Source: Microbacterium sp. (GTDB lineage Bacteria; Actinomycetota; Actinomycetes; Actinomycetales; Microbacteriaceae). Taken from it: a stretch of DNA of 64,000 nucleotides. The notes under the pieces are model-generated. The model searched no databases. It had not been told where the DNA came from and saw only the letters and a program-made list of their open reading frames with translations. The translations under genes and the position numbers were made by a program. Location: contig NZ_JASGFE010000003.1 in the NCBI RefSeq assembly GCF_047605725.1, forward strand, positions 13,683 through 77,682, in the 5' to 3' direction. Below are positions 9,814-19,653 of the stretch, piece by piece; the stretch's first letter is position 1; every line of letters starts with the position of its first letter.

Positions 9814-10734
9814 TCAGCCGCGCTCGCCGGGCAGGTCGAAGTGCTGGCGGCACACGTCCGCGAAAGCGAGGACCCGCTGCGAGGTGTCCTCGCGCCGACG
9901 CACGAGCAGGAGCGTCAGGCCGGGGAGGTCGTCGGCCAGTTCGAGCGAGGTGACCTTCGCGGCGCCGTAGGTCAGGTCGTGGCCGATGCGCTGGTTCAGG
10001 AGGGCGACGCCGAAGCCCCGGCCGACCAGCCCCCGCACCGTCTCGAAGCCCTCGATGCGATACCGGACATCGGGCTCGATGCCGAGCGACCGATACAGGC
10101 TCAGGTAGTAGTGCGCCGTGTGCGGGAGGTCCAGCAGCACCAGCGGATCGTTCGCGAACATCCGCAGGCTCACCGGCCCGGGGGCGCTTGCCAACGGATG
10201 CTCCGGCGCGACGATCATGTGCGGCGGGATCACCTCGAGCGGCTCGGTGAGGTGGCGTTCGAACGGAGCCATGTCGTAGGCGAGGGCCACGTCGATCTCG
10301 TGGCCGTCGAGCAGGTCGTCGAGCCGGTCATGGTCGGCCTCGAGCAGCTCGACCTTGATGCCGGCGTGGCGTCTCGCGAATGCCTGGAGCAGCGGCGGCG
10401 CTCGGAAGGGTGCCAGCGGGAGGTACATGCCGACCCTGAGCGTGCCGGTGAGGGATCCGGAGAAGCTGCTCGCCCGCTCGGCGACGCCCTCGGCGTGCGA
10501 GAGCAGCGCGGCCGCGTCGAGGTGGAACTGCCGGCCCGCCGACGTGAGCCGGATGCCACGCCGCGGCACCCGGTCGAACAGCTGCACCCTGAGGTCCCGC
10601 TCGAGCTGGTTGATCGCCGAGGACAGCGCCGGCTGGGACAGGTGCAGGCGCCGCGCAGCCTCGGTCATGCTGCCCGCGCGCGCCGTCTCGGTGAAATACC
10701 TCAGCTGGGTGAGGGTGAATCGGGGCTCGGACAC
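9814..10734 (-). CDS. LysR family transcriptional regulator
   Basis: N-terminal HTH LRYF...GSMTEAARRLHLSQPALS. Confidence 0.95.
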   Translation of the reverse strand: MSEPRFTLTQLRYFTETARAGSMTEAARRLHLSQPALSSAINQLERDLRVQLFDRVPRRGIRLTSAGRQFHLDAAALLSHAEGVAERASSFSGSLTGTLRVGMYLPLAPFRAPPLLQAFARRHAGIKVELLEADHDRLDDLLDGHEIDVALAYDMAPFERHLTEPLEVIPPHMIVAPEHPLASAPGPVSLRMFANDPLVLLDLPHTAHYYLSLYRSLGIEPDVRYRIEGFETVRGLVGRGFGVALLNQRIGHDLTYGAAKVTSLELADDLPGLTLLLVRRREDTSQRVLAFADVCRQHFDLPGERG

Positions 10735-10831
10735 CGTACTCCTCGGGGCAGCGGGTGTGGCCTGCAGGCCACGCTGCGAGCGTACCGCGGGGGCGCCGCG
10801 GTGCCGCCGGACCCGTCGCTAGCATGGTCCG

Positions 10832-11593
10832 GTGACCTCCGCGCTGCCCGCCGCCGTCCTGTGGGACATGGACGGCACCCTCGTCGACACCGAGCCGTAC
10901 TGGATGGCGGCCGAGACTCCGCTCGTGGAGAGCTTCGGCGGCACCTGGTCGCACGAGCAGGCACTGGGGCTGGTGGGCCTGGGCCTGGAGGACTCCGCCC
11001 GCATCCTGCAGAGCGCCGGGGTGCGCATGCAGGTCGACGACATCGTCGACCTCCTGACCGCGCGCGTGATGGATCAGCTCGCCGCGCACGGCAATCCCTT
11101 CCGACCCGGCGCGCGGGAGCTGCTCGCCGACCTTCGGGCCGCCGGGATCAAGACGGCCCTCGTCACGATGTCGATGCGGCGCATGGCTGAGACCGTCGTG
11201 GGCCTCATCCCGTTCGACGCCTTCGACGTGATCGTCGCCGGCGACGACGCCACCCGCCCCAAGCCGTTCCCCGACCCGTATCTGCAGGCCTGCGCGGCGC
11301 TGGGTGTGGCGGCGTCGGATGCCGTGGCGATCGAGGACTCGCCGAACGGACTGCGCGCCGCCGTGGCATCCGGGGCCGTCGCCGTCGGAGTGCCGCTGAT
11401 GGTGTCGCTCGCCGGGGCGGGCGCCCACGAGCTGTGGCCGACGCTGGCCGGCCGCACAGCGACCGATGTCGCCGCCCTCTTCGCCCACCACCGCCCCCGC
11501 GAGGGTGCCACCTCTCCCCGCGAGGGTGCCACCTCTCCCCGCGAGGGTGCCTTCTCTCTTCGCGAGGGTGCCTCGAACGGGCATTCGGCATGA
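10832..11593 (+). CDS. HAD-superfamily phosphatase
   Basis: WDMDGTLVDTE, KPFPDPY, IEDSPNG motifs. Confidence 0.9.
   Translation: MTSALPAAVLWDMDGTLVDTEPYWMAAETPLVESFGGTWSHEQALGLVGLGLEDSARILQSAGVRMQVDDIVDLLTARVMDQLAAHGNPFRPGARELLADLRAAGIKTALVTMSMRRMAETVVGLIPFDAFDVIVAGDDATRPKPFPDPYLQACAALGVAASDAVAIEDSPNGLRAAVASGAVAVGVPLMVSLAGAGAHELWPTLAGRTATDVAALFAHHRPREGATSPREGATSPREGAFSLREGASNGHSA
11495..11572 (+). repeat. 21-bp tandem repeat (~3.7 units) in the 3' end of the HAD gene
   Basis: CCCCGCGAGGGTGCCACCTCT x2 plus two degenerate units; encodes PREGATS repeats. Confidence 0.9.
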
Positions 11594-12609
11594 ACGCCGA
11601 CCTCGTCCCGCGCGGCCCCTTCCGTTACGGCGACCGCGTGCAGCTGACCGGCCCGAAGGGGCGGCTGCACACCGTGACGCTGCGCGAGGGGGGCGAACTG
11701 CACACCCACCACGGCGTCCTCCGCCACGACGCCCTCGTCGGCCAGCCGGACGGGTCGGTGGTCACCAACAGCGGAGGCAGCGAGTACCTCGCCCTTCGAC
11801 CGCTCCTGCGCGACTTCGTCATGTCCATGCCGCGGGGCGCCGCAATCGTGTATCCGAAGGATGCCGCGCAGATCCTCGCCGCCGCCGATGTCTTCCCGGG
11901 CGCCACGGTCGTGGAGGCGGGCGTCGGCTCGGGCGCGCTGTCGCTGTGGCTGCTGCGCGCGATCGGACCCTCGGGACGGCTCGTCTCCTTCGAGCGTCGC
12001 GGGGAGTTCGCCGAGGTCGCCGAGGCGAACGTGCACACCTTCCTCGGTCACGCGCCGGACACATGGCGCGTCGTGGTGGGCGACCTCGCCGAGCGTCTCC
12101 CGGTCGAGGCACCCCCGGCATCCGTCGATCGTGTCGTGCTCGACATGCTCGCCCCGTGGGAGTGCATCGACGTGGTCGCGGACGCTCTGGTCCCCGGCGG
12201 GGTGGTGCTGTGTTACGTCGCGACCGCCACGCAGCTCAGCCGCGTCGCGGAGTACCTCCGCGGCACGGGCCTGTTCACCGAGGCCGAGGCCACCGAGACC
12301 ATGGTGCGCGGCTGGCACGTGGAGGGGCTTGCGGTGCGCCCCGACCACCGCATGGTCGCCCACACCGGGTTCCTGCTCACGGCGCGGCGGCTCGCCCCGG
12401 GTGCCATCCCGCCGGATGTCCGCCGCCGCGCGCTGAAGAAGCCGAGTTACGGCGACGAGGACATCGAGTTGTGGACCCCGGGTGCCGTCGGCGACCGGCA
12501 GATCACAGACAAGAACCTGCGCAAGCGCGTGCGCGAGGCCCGCCGCGCCGCCGAGGGCGCCCAGGCGGCGGCGCGCGCCGGATCGGGCCCCGGCGACGAC
12601 GTAGACTGA
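11590..12609 (+). CDS. trmI: tRNA (adenine58-N1)-methyltransferase
   Basis: MPRGAAIVYPKD, VVEAGVGSGALS, LDMLAPWE, VRPDHRMVAHTGF motifs. Confidence 0.95.
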   Translation: MNADLVPRGPFRYGDRVQLTGPKGRLHTVTLREGGELHTHHGVLRHDALVGQPDGSVVTNSGGSEYLALRPLLRDFVMSMPRGAAIVYPKDAAQILAAADVFPGATVVEAGVGSGALSLWLLRAIGPSGRLVSFERRGEFAEVAEANVHTFLGHAPDTWRVVVGDLAERLPVEAPPASVDRVVLDMLAPWECIDVVADALVPGGVVLCYVATATQLSRVAEYLRGTGLFTEAEATETMVRGWHVEGLAVRPDHRMVAHTGFLLTARRLAPGAIPPDVRRRALKKPSYGDEDIELWTPGAVGDRQITDKNLRKRVREARRAAEGAQAAARAGSGPGDDVD

Positions 12610-12613
12610 GCCG

Positions 12614-13576
12614 ATGCGCAGGATCCCCGCCGCTCTCGCCGTCCTCGGACTGACCGCCCTCGCCCTCGTCGGCTGCTCGACGTCCGGAGGGTCGGCCTCG
12701 TGCGAGCGCACGCCGCAGAACCCGCAGGCGCTCGACGCGGTGAGCGTCTCCGGCGATACCGACACCGAGCCGACGGTCACGCTCGACGCCGCGCTCTACG
12801 TCGGCGAGACCTCCTTCGCAGACCTCGACGAGGGGCACGGGCTGCCGATCACCTCCGCGGCGCAGGACGTCGCGCTGGGCGTCACCGTGTTCAACGGCGC
12901 GACCGGCGAGAAGGTCGCCGGCGTCGGGTACGACGCCGACTCCACCGTGCTGCCGCTGGCCCTCTGGGAGGAGGCCTTCCCCGGCTTCTCGGCCGCGCTG
13001 CACTGCGCCGCGGCCGGCACCCGCGTCGCGATGCTGCTGCCCACCGACGAGATCGCCGAGGACACGCGCGCCACCCTGGCGCTGGCCGACGGCGCCTCCG
13101 CGGTCGTCGTCGTCGACGTGCGCACCGTGTACTTGGCCGCCGCGAACGGCACGCCGCAGTTCAACGATCGCGCCGGGATGCCGTCGGTCGTGCTCGCCCC
13201 GAACGGTCAGCCCGGCGTCACGATCCCCGATTCCGCACCGCCGGATGAGCTCGTGGTGCAGGTGCTCAAGAAGGGCGACGGAGAGAAGGTCACCGACGAC
13301 GCCCAGGTGCGCATCCAGTACACGGGCCTCACGTGGGCCACGGGCGACGTGTTCGACAGCTCGTGGGAGCGCGGCCAGTCGCAATCGCTGACTCTCGCGT
13401 CCACGATCCCCGGGTTCGCTCAGGCGCTGGAGGGCCAGACGGTCGGCTCGCAGATCCTCGCGGTGATCCCGCCCGACCTCGGCTACGGCGATCAGGACCA
13501 GGGCACGATCCCGGCCGGGTCCACCCTCGTGTTCGTCGTCGACATCCTCGGGCTCGACGAGGTCTCGACCGGCTGA
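12614..13576 (+). CDS. FKBP-type peptidyl-prolyl isomerase, lipoprotein
   Basis: Lipobox LVGC; FDSSW, IPPDLGYG, GSTLVFVVDI motifs. Confidence 0.9.
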   Translation: MRRIPAALAVLGLTALALVGCSTSGGSASCERTPQNPQALDAVSVSGDTDTEPTVTLDAALYVGETSFADLDEGHGLPITSAAQDVALGVTVFNGATGEKVAGVGYDADSTVLPLALWEEAFPGFSAALHCAAAGTRVAMLLPTDEIAEDTRATLALADGASAVVVVDVRTVYLAAANGTPQFNDRAGMPSVVLAPNGQPGVTIPDSAPPDELVVQVLKKGDGEKVTDDAQVRIQYTGLTWATGDVFDSSWERGQSQSLTLASTIPGFAQALEGQTVGSQILAVIPPDLGYGDQDQGTIPAGSTLVFVVDILGLDEVSTG

Positions 13577-13616
13577 GATCCGCGGCCGTTCCAAAGCGCA
13601 CGCCTAGGATGGTCGC

Positions 13617-14615
13617 GTGGTCACCGAAGCGGCTCGAGTCGCCCCCGAGGAGCGGCTCGTCAACCTCGTCGTCGCGCTCATGGCGACCGAGCAGGGCCTG
13701 ACCAAGGAGACGATCCTCACCTCGGTGTCGGGCTACCGCGAGCAGAGCGAGGCCGGCGCGTCCAAGGACGCGCTGGAGAAGATGTTCGAGCGTGACAAGG
13801 AGAACCTCCGCGGCCTCGGCGTGCCGATCGAGACGATCGGCGACCACGCAGACCCCGACGACCTCCGCGAGGCCCGCTATCGCGTGCCCACCGCGGAGTA
13901 CGCACTCCCGTCCGACATCGCGTTCACCCCGGCCGAGCTCGCCCTCCTCAACCTCGCGGGGGGTGTCTGGAGCGAGAGCTCGATGTCGGCCTCCGCGCGC
14001 ACCGCGCTGCGAAAGATCCGGGCCCTCGGCATCGAGGTCGACGAGCCGATCATCGGCTTCTCTCCGCGCATCAGCCTGCGCGATCCCGCGTTCGCGCCGC
14101 TGCAGCGCGCCATGGAGCAGGGTCGGGTCGTCGAGTTCGACTACCTGAAGCCGGGGGATGCCGCGGCGCTGAGCCGCCGCATCCGTCCGCTGGCGCTCGT
14201 CGATTACGAGGCCCGTTGGCACGTCTACGGGTTCGACCTCGGGCGCGGTGCTGCCCGCACGTTCCTGCTCACCCGCATCTGCTCCCCGGTGCAGGTCACC
14301 CGCACCTCGTTCGACCTCGCCGAGCGCGACGGGGCCGGAGAGCGCGCCCTCGCGGGACTGGAGGAGGTGGCGGCCCGGCAGCGGGCGCTGCTGGAGGTCC
14401 ACCCGGGCACAGAGGCCGCGCTGAGATTGAGCCGGCGCGCGATCCCGGCCGACCGCGGCATCCGGGTGCCCTACGTCGATGTGCACGTCTTCGCCGACGA
14501 GCTCGCCTCGTACGGGCCGGAGGTCCGCGTGGTCGCACCCGACGACCTCCGTGAGCGCGTGATCGCGCGCCTGGAGGCGACGCTGGCCCTGCACCGCGAC
14601 GGAGCGGGGCGATGA
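13617..14615 (+). CDS. pafB: WYL-domain transcriptional activator PafB
   Basis: ERLVNLVVAL, EKMFERDKENLRGLGVPIE, WHVYGFD..R...RTFLLTRI. Confidence 0.85.
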   Translation: MVTEAARVAPEERLVNLVVALMATEQGLTKETILTSVSGYREQSEAGASKDALEKMFERDKENLRGLGVPIETIGDHADPDDLREARYRVPTAEYALPSDIAFTPAELALLNLAGGVWSESSMSASARTALRKIRALGIEVDEPIIGFSPRISLRDPAFAPLQRAMEQGRVVEFDYLKPGDAAALSRRIRPLALVDYEARWHVYGFDLGRGAARTFLLTRICSPVQVTRTSFDLAERDGAGERALAGLEEVAARQRALLEVHPGTEAALRLSRRAIPADRGIRVPYVDVHVFADELASYGPEVRVVAPDDLRERVIARLEATLALHRDGAGR

Positions 14616-15586
14616 GCGCGCAGCCTCTCCTGGCCACCGAGCGGGCGTCCCTCATCCTCCAGCTCGTGCCCTACCTCATCGGCAAGGGCGAGGTCTCGGT
14701 CGCCGAGGCCGCGGAGGAGTTCGAGGTGAGTCCCGAGCAGCTGCGTGCCATGGTGGAGAAGCTCACTGTCATCGGCCTTCCCGGCGAGGGCGGCTTCTGG
14801 CAGATGGCCAACGACCTGTTCGACATCGACTGGGATCTGCTGGATGAGCAGGATCGGATCGTCATCACCAACGCCGTCGGGCTCGAGCGGGCCCCCCGGC
14901 TGACAGCCCGTGAGGCGGCCGCGCTCCTGGCCGGGCTCCAGTTGGCCGCCGCTCTCCCCGGCGTCGGCGACAGCGACGTGGTGCAGGGTCTGCTGGCCAA
15001 ACTCGCCCGCGGCGCCTCCAGCACGCCCGCCGACGTCATCGTCGCCCCCGAGGCGGTCGACGACGTGCGCGTGACGGTCGCCGAGGCCCTCGCGCGCGGC
15101 GTGGCCGTCTCGTTCGCGTACCGTGCGCCGGATGCCGCGCCCACAACGCGCACGGTCGACCCGGTGAAGGTGCACATCGCCGGGGGGCAGTGGTACCTGC
15201 AGGGCTGGTGCCACCTGCGCGAGGCCATGCGCACGTTCCACCTCGACCGGGTGAGCGAGCTGGTGCTCACCGGCATCCCGATCACGCACGGCGGGGAGCG
15301 CGTGCCCGAGCTGTTCGAGCCGAGTGACTCCGACGTCGTGGCGGAGCTCCGCTTCCGGGCAGCGGTCGCGCCGCTGCTGGGCGACTACCTCGATCGGGCG
15401 GCGGTGTCCGGCGACGGCGACCATCGCATCGCGCGACTGCGGGTCGCCGACGCACGGAGCCTCAAGCGCCTCGCCGCCCGGCACGCCGGCGACGTGGAGA
15501 TCCTCTCGCCGGAGCCCGCCCGCCGCGCGGCGGCGGCGTGGGCGGAGGCGGGCCTTGCGCTGTACCGCGCCGGGACCGCCTCGTGA
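14612..15586 (+). CDS. pafC: WYL-domain transcriptional activator PafC
   Basis: WYLQGWCHLREAMRTFHLDRV; overlaps pafB (ATGA). Confidence 0.85.
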   Translation: MSAQPLLATERASLILQLVPYLIGKGEVSVAEAAEEFEVSPEQLRAMVEKLTVIGLPGEGGFWQMANDLFDIDWDLLDEQDRIVITNAVGLERAPRLTAREAAALLAGLQLAAALPGVGDSDVVQGLLAKLARGASSTPADVIVAPEAVDDVRVTVAEALARGVAVSFAYRAPDAAPTTRTVDPVKVHIAGGQWYLQGWCHLREAMRTFHLDRVSELVLTGIPITHGGERVPELFEPSDSDVVAELRFRAAVAPLLGDYLDRAAVSGDGDHRIARLRVADARSLKRLAARHAGDVEILSPEPARRAAAAWAEAGLALYRAGTAS

Positions 15587-18066
15587 TCGGTGCCGCGGAG
15601 CGGTACGCGCGCGCGGAGCAGCATAGCCGGCATCCGCTCACCGCTAGGTTCGCGCAGCTGCAGCGTTTCGAGCTCGATCCGTTCCAGTTCGCCGGATGCC
15701 ACGCGCTCGAGGACGGGCGGAGCGTGCTGGTGGCCGCACCCACCGGGGCCGGGAAGACCATCGTCGGCGAGTTCGCGATCCACCTCGCGATGCTCGAGCC
15801 GCCCGGGGGAGCACGGCCTGCCAAGGCCTTCTACACGACGCCGATGAAGGCCCTGTCGAACCAGAAGTTCCGCGAGCTCGTCGACGTGTACGGCCGGGAC
15901 GAGGTGGGCCTGCTCACCGGGGACGTGAGCATCAACGCCGATGCCCGGATCCTGGTGATGACCACCGAGGTGCTGCGCAACATGCTGTACGCCGGCTCGG
16001 CGGCCCTGCGCGGGCTGCGCTTCGTGATCATGGACGAGGTGCACTACCTCGCCGACCGCTTCCGCGGCGCGGTGTGGGAGGAGGTCATCATCCACCTCCC
16101 CGCCGAGGTGCGGTTGGTGTCGCTGTCGGCGACGGTGTCCAACGCCGAGGAGTTCGGCGACTGGCTCGACACGGTGCGCGGCGACACCGAGGTGATCGTT
16201 TCGGAGGTCCGCCCGGTGCCGCTGGAGCAGCACGTGCTCGTGCGCGGCGACCTGCTGCCGCTGTTCGACGACCGCGCCGGGGTGGCCACCGCGCAGGTGA
16301 ACCAGGAGCTTATGCGCCTCCGATCGGTCAAGGGACCCGCGTTCGAGAGCAACCGCCGCGCGCAGCAGCTGCGCAGCGCGGTGGAGACGACCCATCGCCG
16401 CCCGCACAGGGGTGGCCGGCGGCCGGTGCGGCCGTCGAACGTGCGCAGGATCGAGCGGCTGGACCGTCCCGACGTGGTGCGGCTGCTGGAGCGGGCGAGC
16501 CTGCTGCCGGCGATCTTCTTCATCTTCAGCCGCGCCGGCTGCGACGGCGCGGTGCAGCAGGTGCGTCGGGCCGGTGTGCGGCTCACCACCGCCGAGGAGC
16601 GCGCCGAGATCCGTGCGCTGGTCGACGAGTGCACGCGGATGCTCCGCGACGAGGACCTCGCCGTCCTCGGCTACTGGGAGTGGCGCGAGAACCTGGAGCG
16701 CGGTGTCGCCGCCCACCACGCAGGGCTCCTGCCGGCGTTCAAGGAGGTCGTCGAGGACCTCTTCCAGCGCAAGCTCGTCAAGGCGGTCTTCGCGACCGAG
16801 ACGCTGGCCCTCGGCATCAACATGCCCGCGCGCACGGTGGTGCTGGAGAAACTGGAGAAGTTCAACGGCGAGGCGCGCGTGGCGATCACGGCGGGGGAGT
16901 ACACCCAGCTGACCGGGCGCGCCGGGCGACGCGGCATCGACGTGGAGGGCCACGCGGTCATCCAGTGGACCGAGGGCCTCGATCCGCAGGCGGTGGCCGC
17001 CCTGGCCTCGCGCCGCACGTATCCCTTGAACTCCAGCTTCCGGCCGACCTACAACATGGCCGTCAACCTCATCGACGGGTTCGGTCGCGGGCGGGCGCGC
17101 GAGATCCTGGAGTCCTCGTTCGCACAGTTCCAGGCAGATCGCGCCGTCGTGGGACTGGCCCGTCAGGTGAAGGATGCCGAGACGTCGCTGGCCGGCTACG
17201 AGAAGGCCATGAGCTGCGACCGGGGCGACTTCGCCGACTATTCGCGCCTGCGCCGCGAGCTGAGCGAGTTGGAGAAGCTGAACCGCGCCGACCGGACGGC
17301 ATCCGCCAAGACTCGTAAGCGGAGGCAGGACGACATCCAGTCGCTGCGCCGCCGGTTGCAGCGCCACTCCTGCCACGGCTGCCCCGACCGCGAAGCCCAC
17401 GCGCGCTGGGCGGAGCGCTACTGGCGGCTGCGGCGGCAGACCGACAAGCTGCGGCGTCAGATCGAGGCGCGCACCGGCACGGTGGCGCGGGTGTTCGACC
17501 GCGTGGTCGACGTGCTCGCCGCGCTCGGCTACGTCGAGGTCGACGAGGGCGGCGGTGCCAGGCTCACTGCGGCCGGAGCGACGATGCGGCGCATCTACGG
17601 CGAGCGCGACCTGCTGGTGGCAGAGGCCCTCCGCTGCGGCACCTGGAGAGAGCTCGATCCGCCGGCGCTCGCGGCCCTCGCGTGCTGCCTGGTCTACGAG
17701 CCGCGCCGGGACGAGTCCGGGCCGGGGGAGCACGGGCTGCCGCGCGGTCCCTTCCGGGTGGCGCTCAGCCGCACGCAGGACCTGTGGGCGCGCCTGGACG
17801 ACCTCGAACGCGACCATCACCTCCCGGGGTCGGAGCCGGTGGCGACCGGACTCGCCCAGGCGATGTCGTCGTGGGCGCGCGGCGCGGCGCTGGATCGCGT
17901 GCTCGACGAGGCGGACCTGGCCGCCGGCGACTTCGTCCGCTGGGCGAAGCAGACCATCGACCTGCTCGACCAGCTCTCCCTCGTCGCGGAGCCGGCGCTG
18001 GCGGCCACCGCTCGTCGGGCGCTGGAGAGCGTGCGGCGCGGCATCGTGGCCTATTCGTCGGTCTAG
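15583..18066 (+). CDS. helY: Ski2-like DEAD/DEAH helicase HelY
   Basis: APTGAGKT, DEVH, SLSAT, QLTGRAGRRG, AAGDFVRW (DSHCT) motifs. Confidence 0.9.
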   Translation: MIGAAERYARAEQHSRHPLTARFAQLQRFELDPFQFAGCHALEDGRSVLVAAPTGAGKTIVGEFAIHLAMLEPPGGARPAKAFYTTPMKALSNQKFRELVDVYGRDEVGLLTGDVSINADARILVMTTEVLRNMLYAGSAALRGLRFVIMDEVHYLADRFRGAVWEEVIIHLPAEVRLVSLSATVSNAEEFGDWLDTVRGDTEVIVSEVRPVPLEQHVLVRGDLLPLFDDRAGVATAQVNQELMRLRSVKGPAFESNRRAQQLRSAVETTHRRPHRGGRRPVRPSNVRRIERLDRPDVVRLLERASLLPAIFFIFSRAGCDGAVQQVRRAGVRLTTAEERAEIRALVDECTRMLRDEDLAVLGYWEWRENLERGVAAHHAGLLPAFKEVVEDLFQRKLVKAVFATETLALGINMPARTVVLEKLEKFNGEARVAITAGEYTQLTGRAGRRGIDVEGHAVIQWTEGLDPQAVAALASRRTYPLNSSFRPTYNMAVNLIDGFGRGRAREILESSFAQFQADRAVVGLARQVKDAETSLAGYEKAMSCDRGDFADYSRLRRELSELEKLNRADRTASAKTRKRRQDDIQSLRRRLQRHSCHGCPDREAHARWAERYWRLRRQTDKLRRQIEARTGTVARVFDRVVDVLAALGYVEVDEGGGARLTAAGATMRRIYGERDLLVAEALRCGTWRELDPPALAALACCLVYEPRRDESGPGEHGLPRGPFRVALSRTQDLWARLDDLERDHHLPGSEPVATGLAQAMSSWARGAALDRVLDEADLAAGDFVRWAKQTIDLLDQLSLVAEPALAATARRALESVRRGIVAYSSV

Positions 18067-18076
18067 GCTCGTTCGC

Positions 18077-19648
18077 GTGCCCGCACCCGCCCGCCCGACG
18101 CTGCCCCTGTGGGCCGCGGTCGTGGTCGCCTGCGGCGCCGGCTATGTCCTGACGCTCGCCTTCCCGGCGCTCAGCTGGTGGCCGGCGGTCTTCGTCGCGA
18201 TCCCGCTGGCCCTCGTGACCCTGGTGGGTCGGCGCGCCGGGGGAGCGCTGCTGGTGGGCGTGGTCTTCGGGGCGGTGTTCTTCCTCGTGAACGTCTCGTT
18301 CACCGCGCGCTATCTGGGGCCGGTGCCGTGGATCGCGCTGTCACTGCTCGAGGCGCTGCTGACCGGGATCGCGGCGGTGCCGATCGCGCTCGCCTACCGC
18401 TGGACGCCCCGCGTGCTCCCCGGCCGCGTGGGCCGCGTGATCGTGCTGCCGCTCGTCGTGGCGGGCCTGTGGACGGCCCGCGAACTGCTGCTGGGCACGT
18501 TCCCCTACGGCGGCTTCCCGTGGGGCCGGATCGGCATCAGCCAGGCGAACGGTCCGCTCATCGCCCTCGTGTCGTGGACCGGCGTTTCGGGCCTGACGTT
18601 CGCGATCGTCTTCGTGTGCGCCGCGGCTCTCGAGGTCGTGCGCACCATCCGCACCCTGCCTGTGCTGGCGGCGCTCCCGGCCGTCGCGGTCGCCGTGCTG
18701 CTGGTCGTCGTGCCCGCCTTCCCCACGACGGATGCCGGCACGATCCGGGTCGGCGCCGTGCAGGGAAACGGGCCGAGCGGCTACTTCGATCAGCGCGACC
18801 GCGACGCCGTCATGAACGCGCAGCTCCAGGCCGGCGCGCCGCTGCTGGGCGAAGACCTCGACGTGCTGCTGTGGCCCGAGGGGGGCATGGACACAGACCC
18901 GACGAGCGACGCGGCGACCGCGGGCGCCCTCGATCTGCTCGCACGCCGGATCGACGCGCCGCTGCTCGTGACCGCGGCCACCCAGCGCGGCGACGAGTAC
19001 TTCAACTCGGCCCTCCTGTGGGAGGCCGGCGCAGACGGTCCGGTGCAGACGTACGACAAACGGCATCCGGTGCCGTTCGGCGAGTACGTGCCCGACCGCT
19101 GGTTCTACAACCTGTTCGCCCCCGACCTCATCGGACTGATCCAGCGCGAGTACACGCCCGGCACCGCGGCGCCGGTGTTCGACGTGGGCGGGGTCCCGGT
19201 CGGGCTCGCCATCTGCTTCGACGTGATCTACGACGACGTGATCCGCGACGGCGCGGAGGGCGGCGCGACGGTGTTCATGTTCCAGACCAACAACGCAGAC
19301 TTCCGCGGGACCGATGAGAACCTGCAGCAGCTCGCGTTCGCGCGGGTGCGGGCGATCGAGACCGGTCGGGCCGTCGTGAACCTCTCCACCGTCGGGACGA
19401 GCCAGATCATCGCGCCCGACGGATCCGAGATCGCGGGGATTCCCGTCGACACTGCGGGGGCGCTGCTGGAGGACGTTCCGCTTCGCACGGGAACGACGCC
19501 GGCGGTGATCCTCGGTGCCGCGATCGACGCGGTGCTCGGTTGGGGGAGTATCCTCGCGCTCGTCGTGCTGGGGCTCGCCTCCCGCCGCGCACACCGAACG
19601 GCGGTGCCGACCCCCGAGGGGATCGGCACCGCCGAGTCGATGCCGTAG
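18077..19648 (+). CDS. lnt: Apolipoprotein N-acyltransferase
   Basis: PYGGFPW, LWPE, YDKRHPVPFGEYVP, ICFD, QTNNA, RAIETGR motifs. Confidence 0.92.
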   Translation: MPAPARPTLPLWAAVVVACGAGYVLTLAFPALSWWPAVFVAIPLALVTLVGRRAGGALLVGVVFGAVFFLVNVSFTARYLGPVPWIALSLLEALLTGIAAVPIALAYRWTPRVLPGRVGRVIVLPLVVAGLWTARELLLGTFPYGGFPWGRIGISQANGPLIALVSWTGVSGLTFAIVFVCAAALEVVRTIRTLPVLAALPAVAVAVLLVVVPAFPTTDAGTIRVGAVQGNGPSGYFDQRDRDAVMNAQLQAGAPLLGEDLDVLLWPEGGMDTDPTSDAATAGALDLLARRIDAPLLVTAATQRGDEYFNSALLWEAGADGPVQTYDKRHPVPFGEYVPDRWFYNLFAPDLIGLIQREYTPGTAAPVFDVGGVPVGLAICFDVIYDDVIRDGAEGGATVFMFQTNNADFRGTDENLQQLAFARVRAIETGRAVVNLSTVGTSQIIAPDGSEIAGIPVDTAGALLEDVPLRTGTTPAVILGAAIDAVLGWGSILALVVLGLASRRAHRTAVPTPEGIGTAESMP

Positions 19649-19653
19649 GGCCG

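Noticed and set aside
11495-11572. Tandem repeat as a possible CRISPR array
   Set aside because: Units are contiguous with no unique spacers, and no cas genes are present.
13617-15586. WYL genes as a novel defence-associated system
   Set aside because: Sequence and context (fkbp upstream, helY downstream) match the housekeeping PafBC pair.
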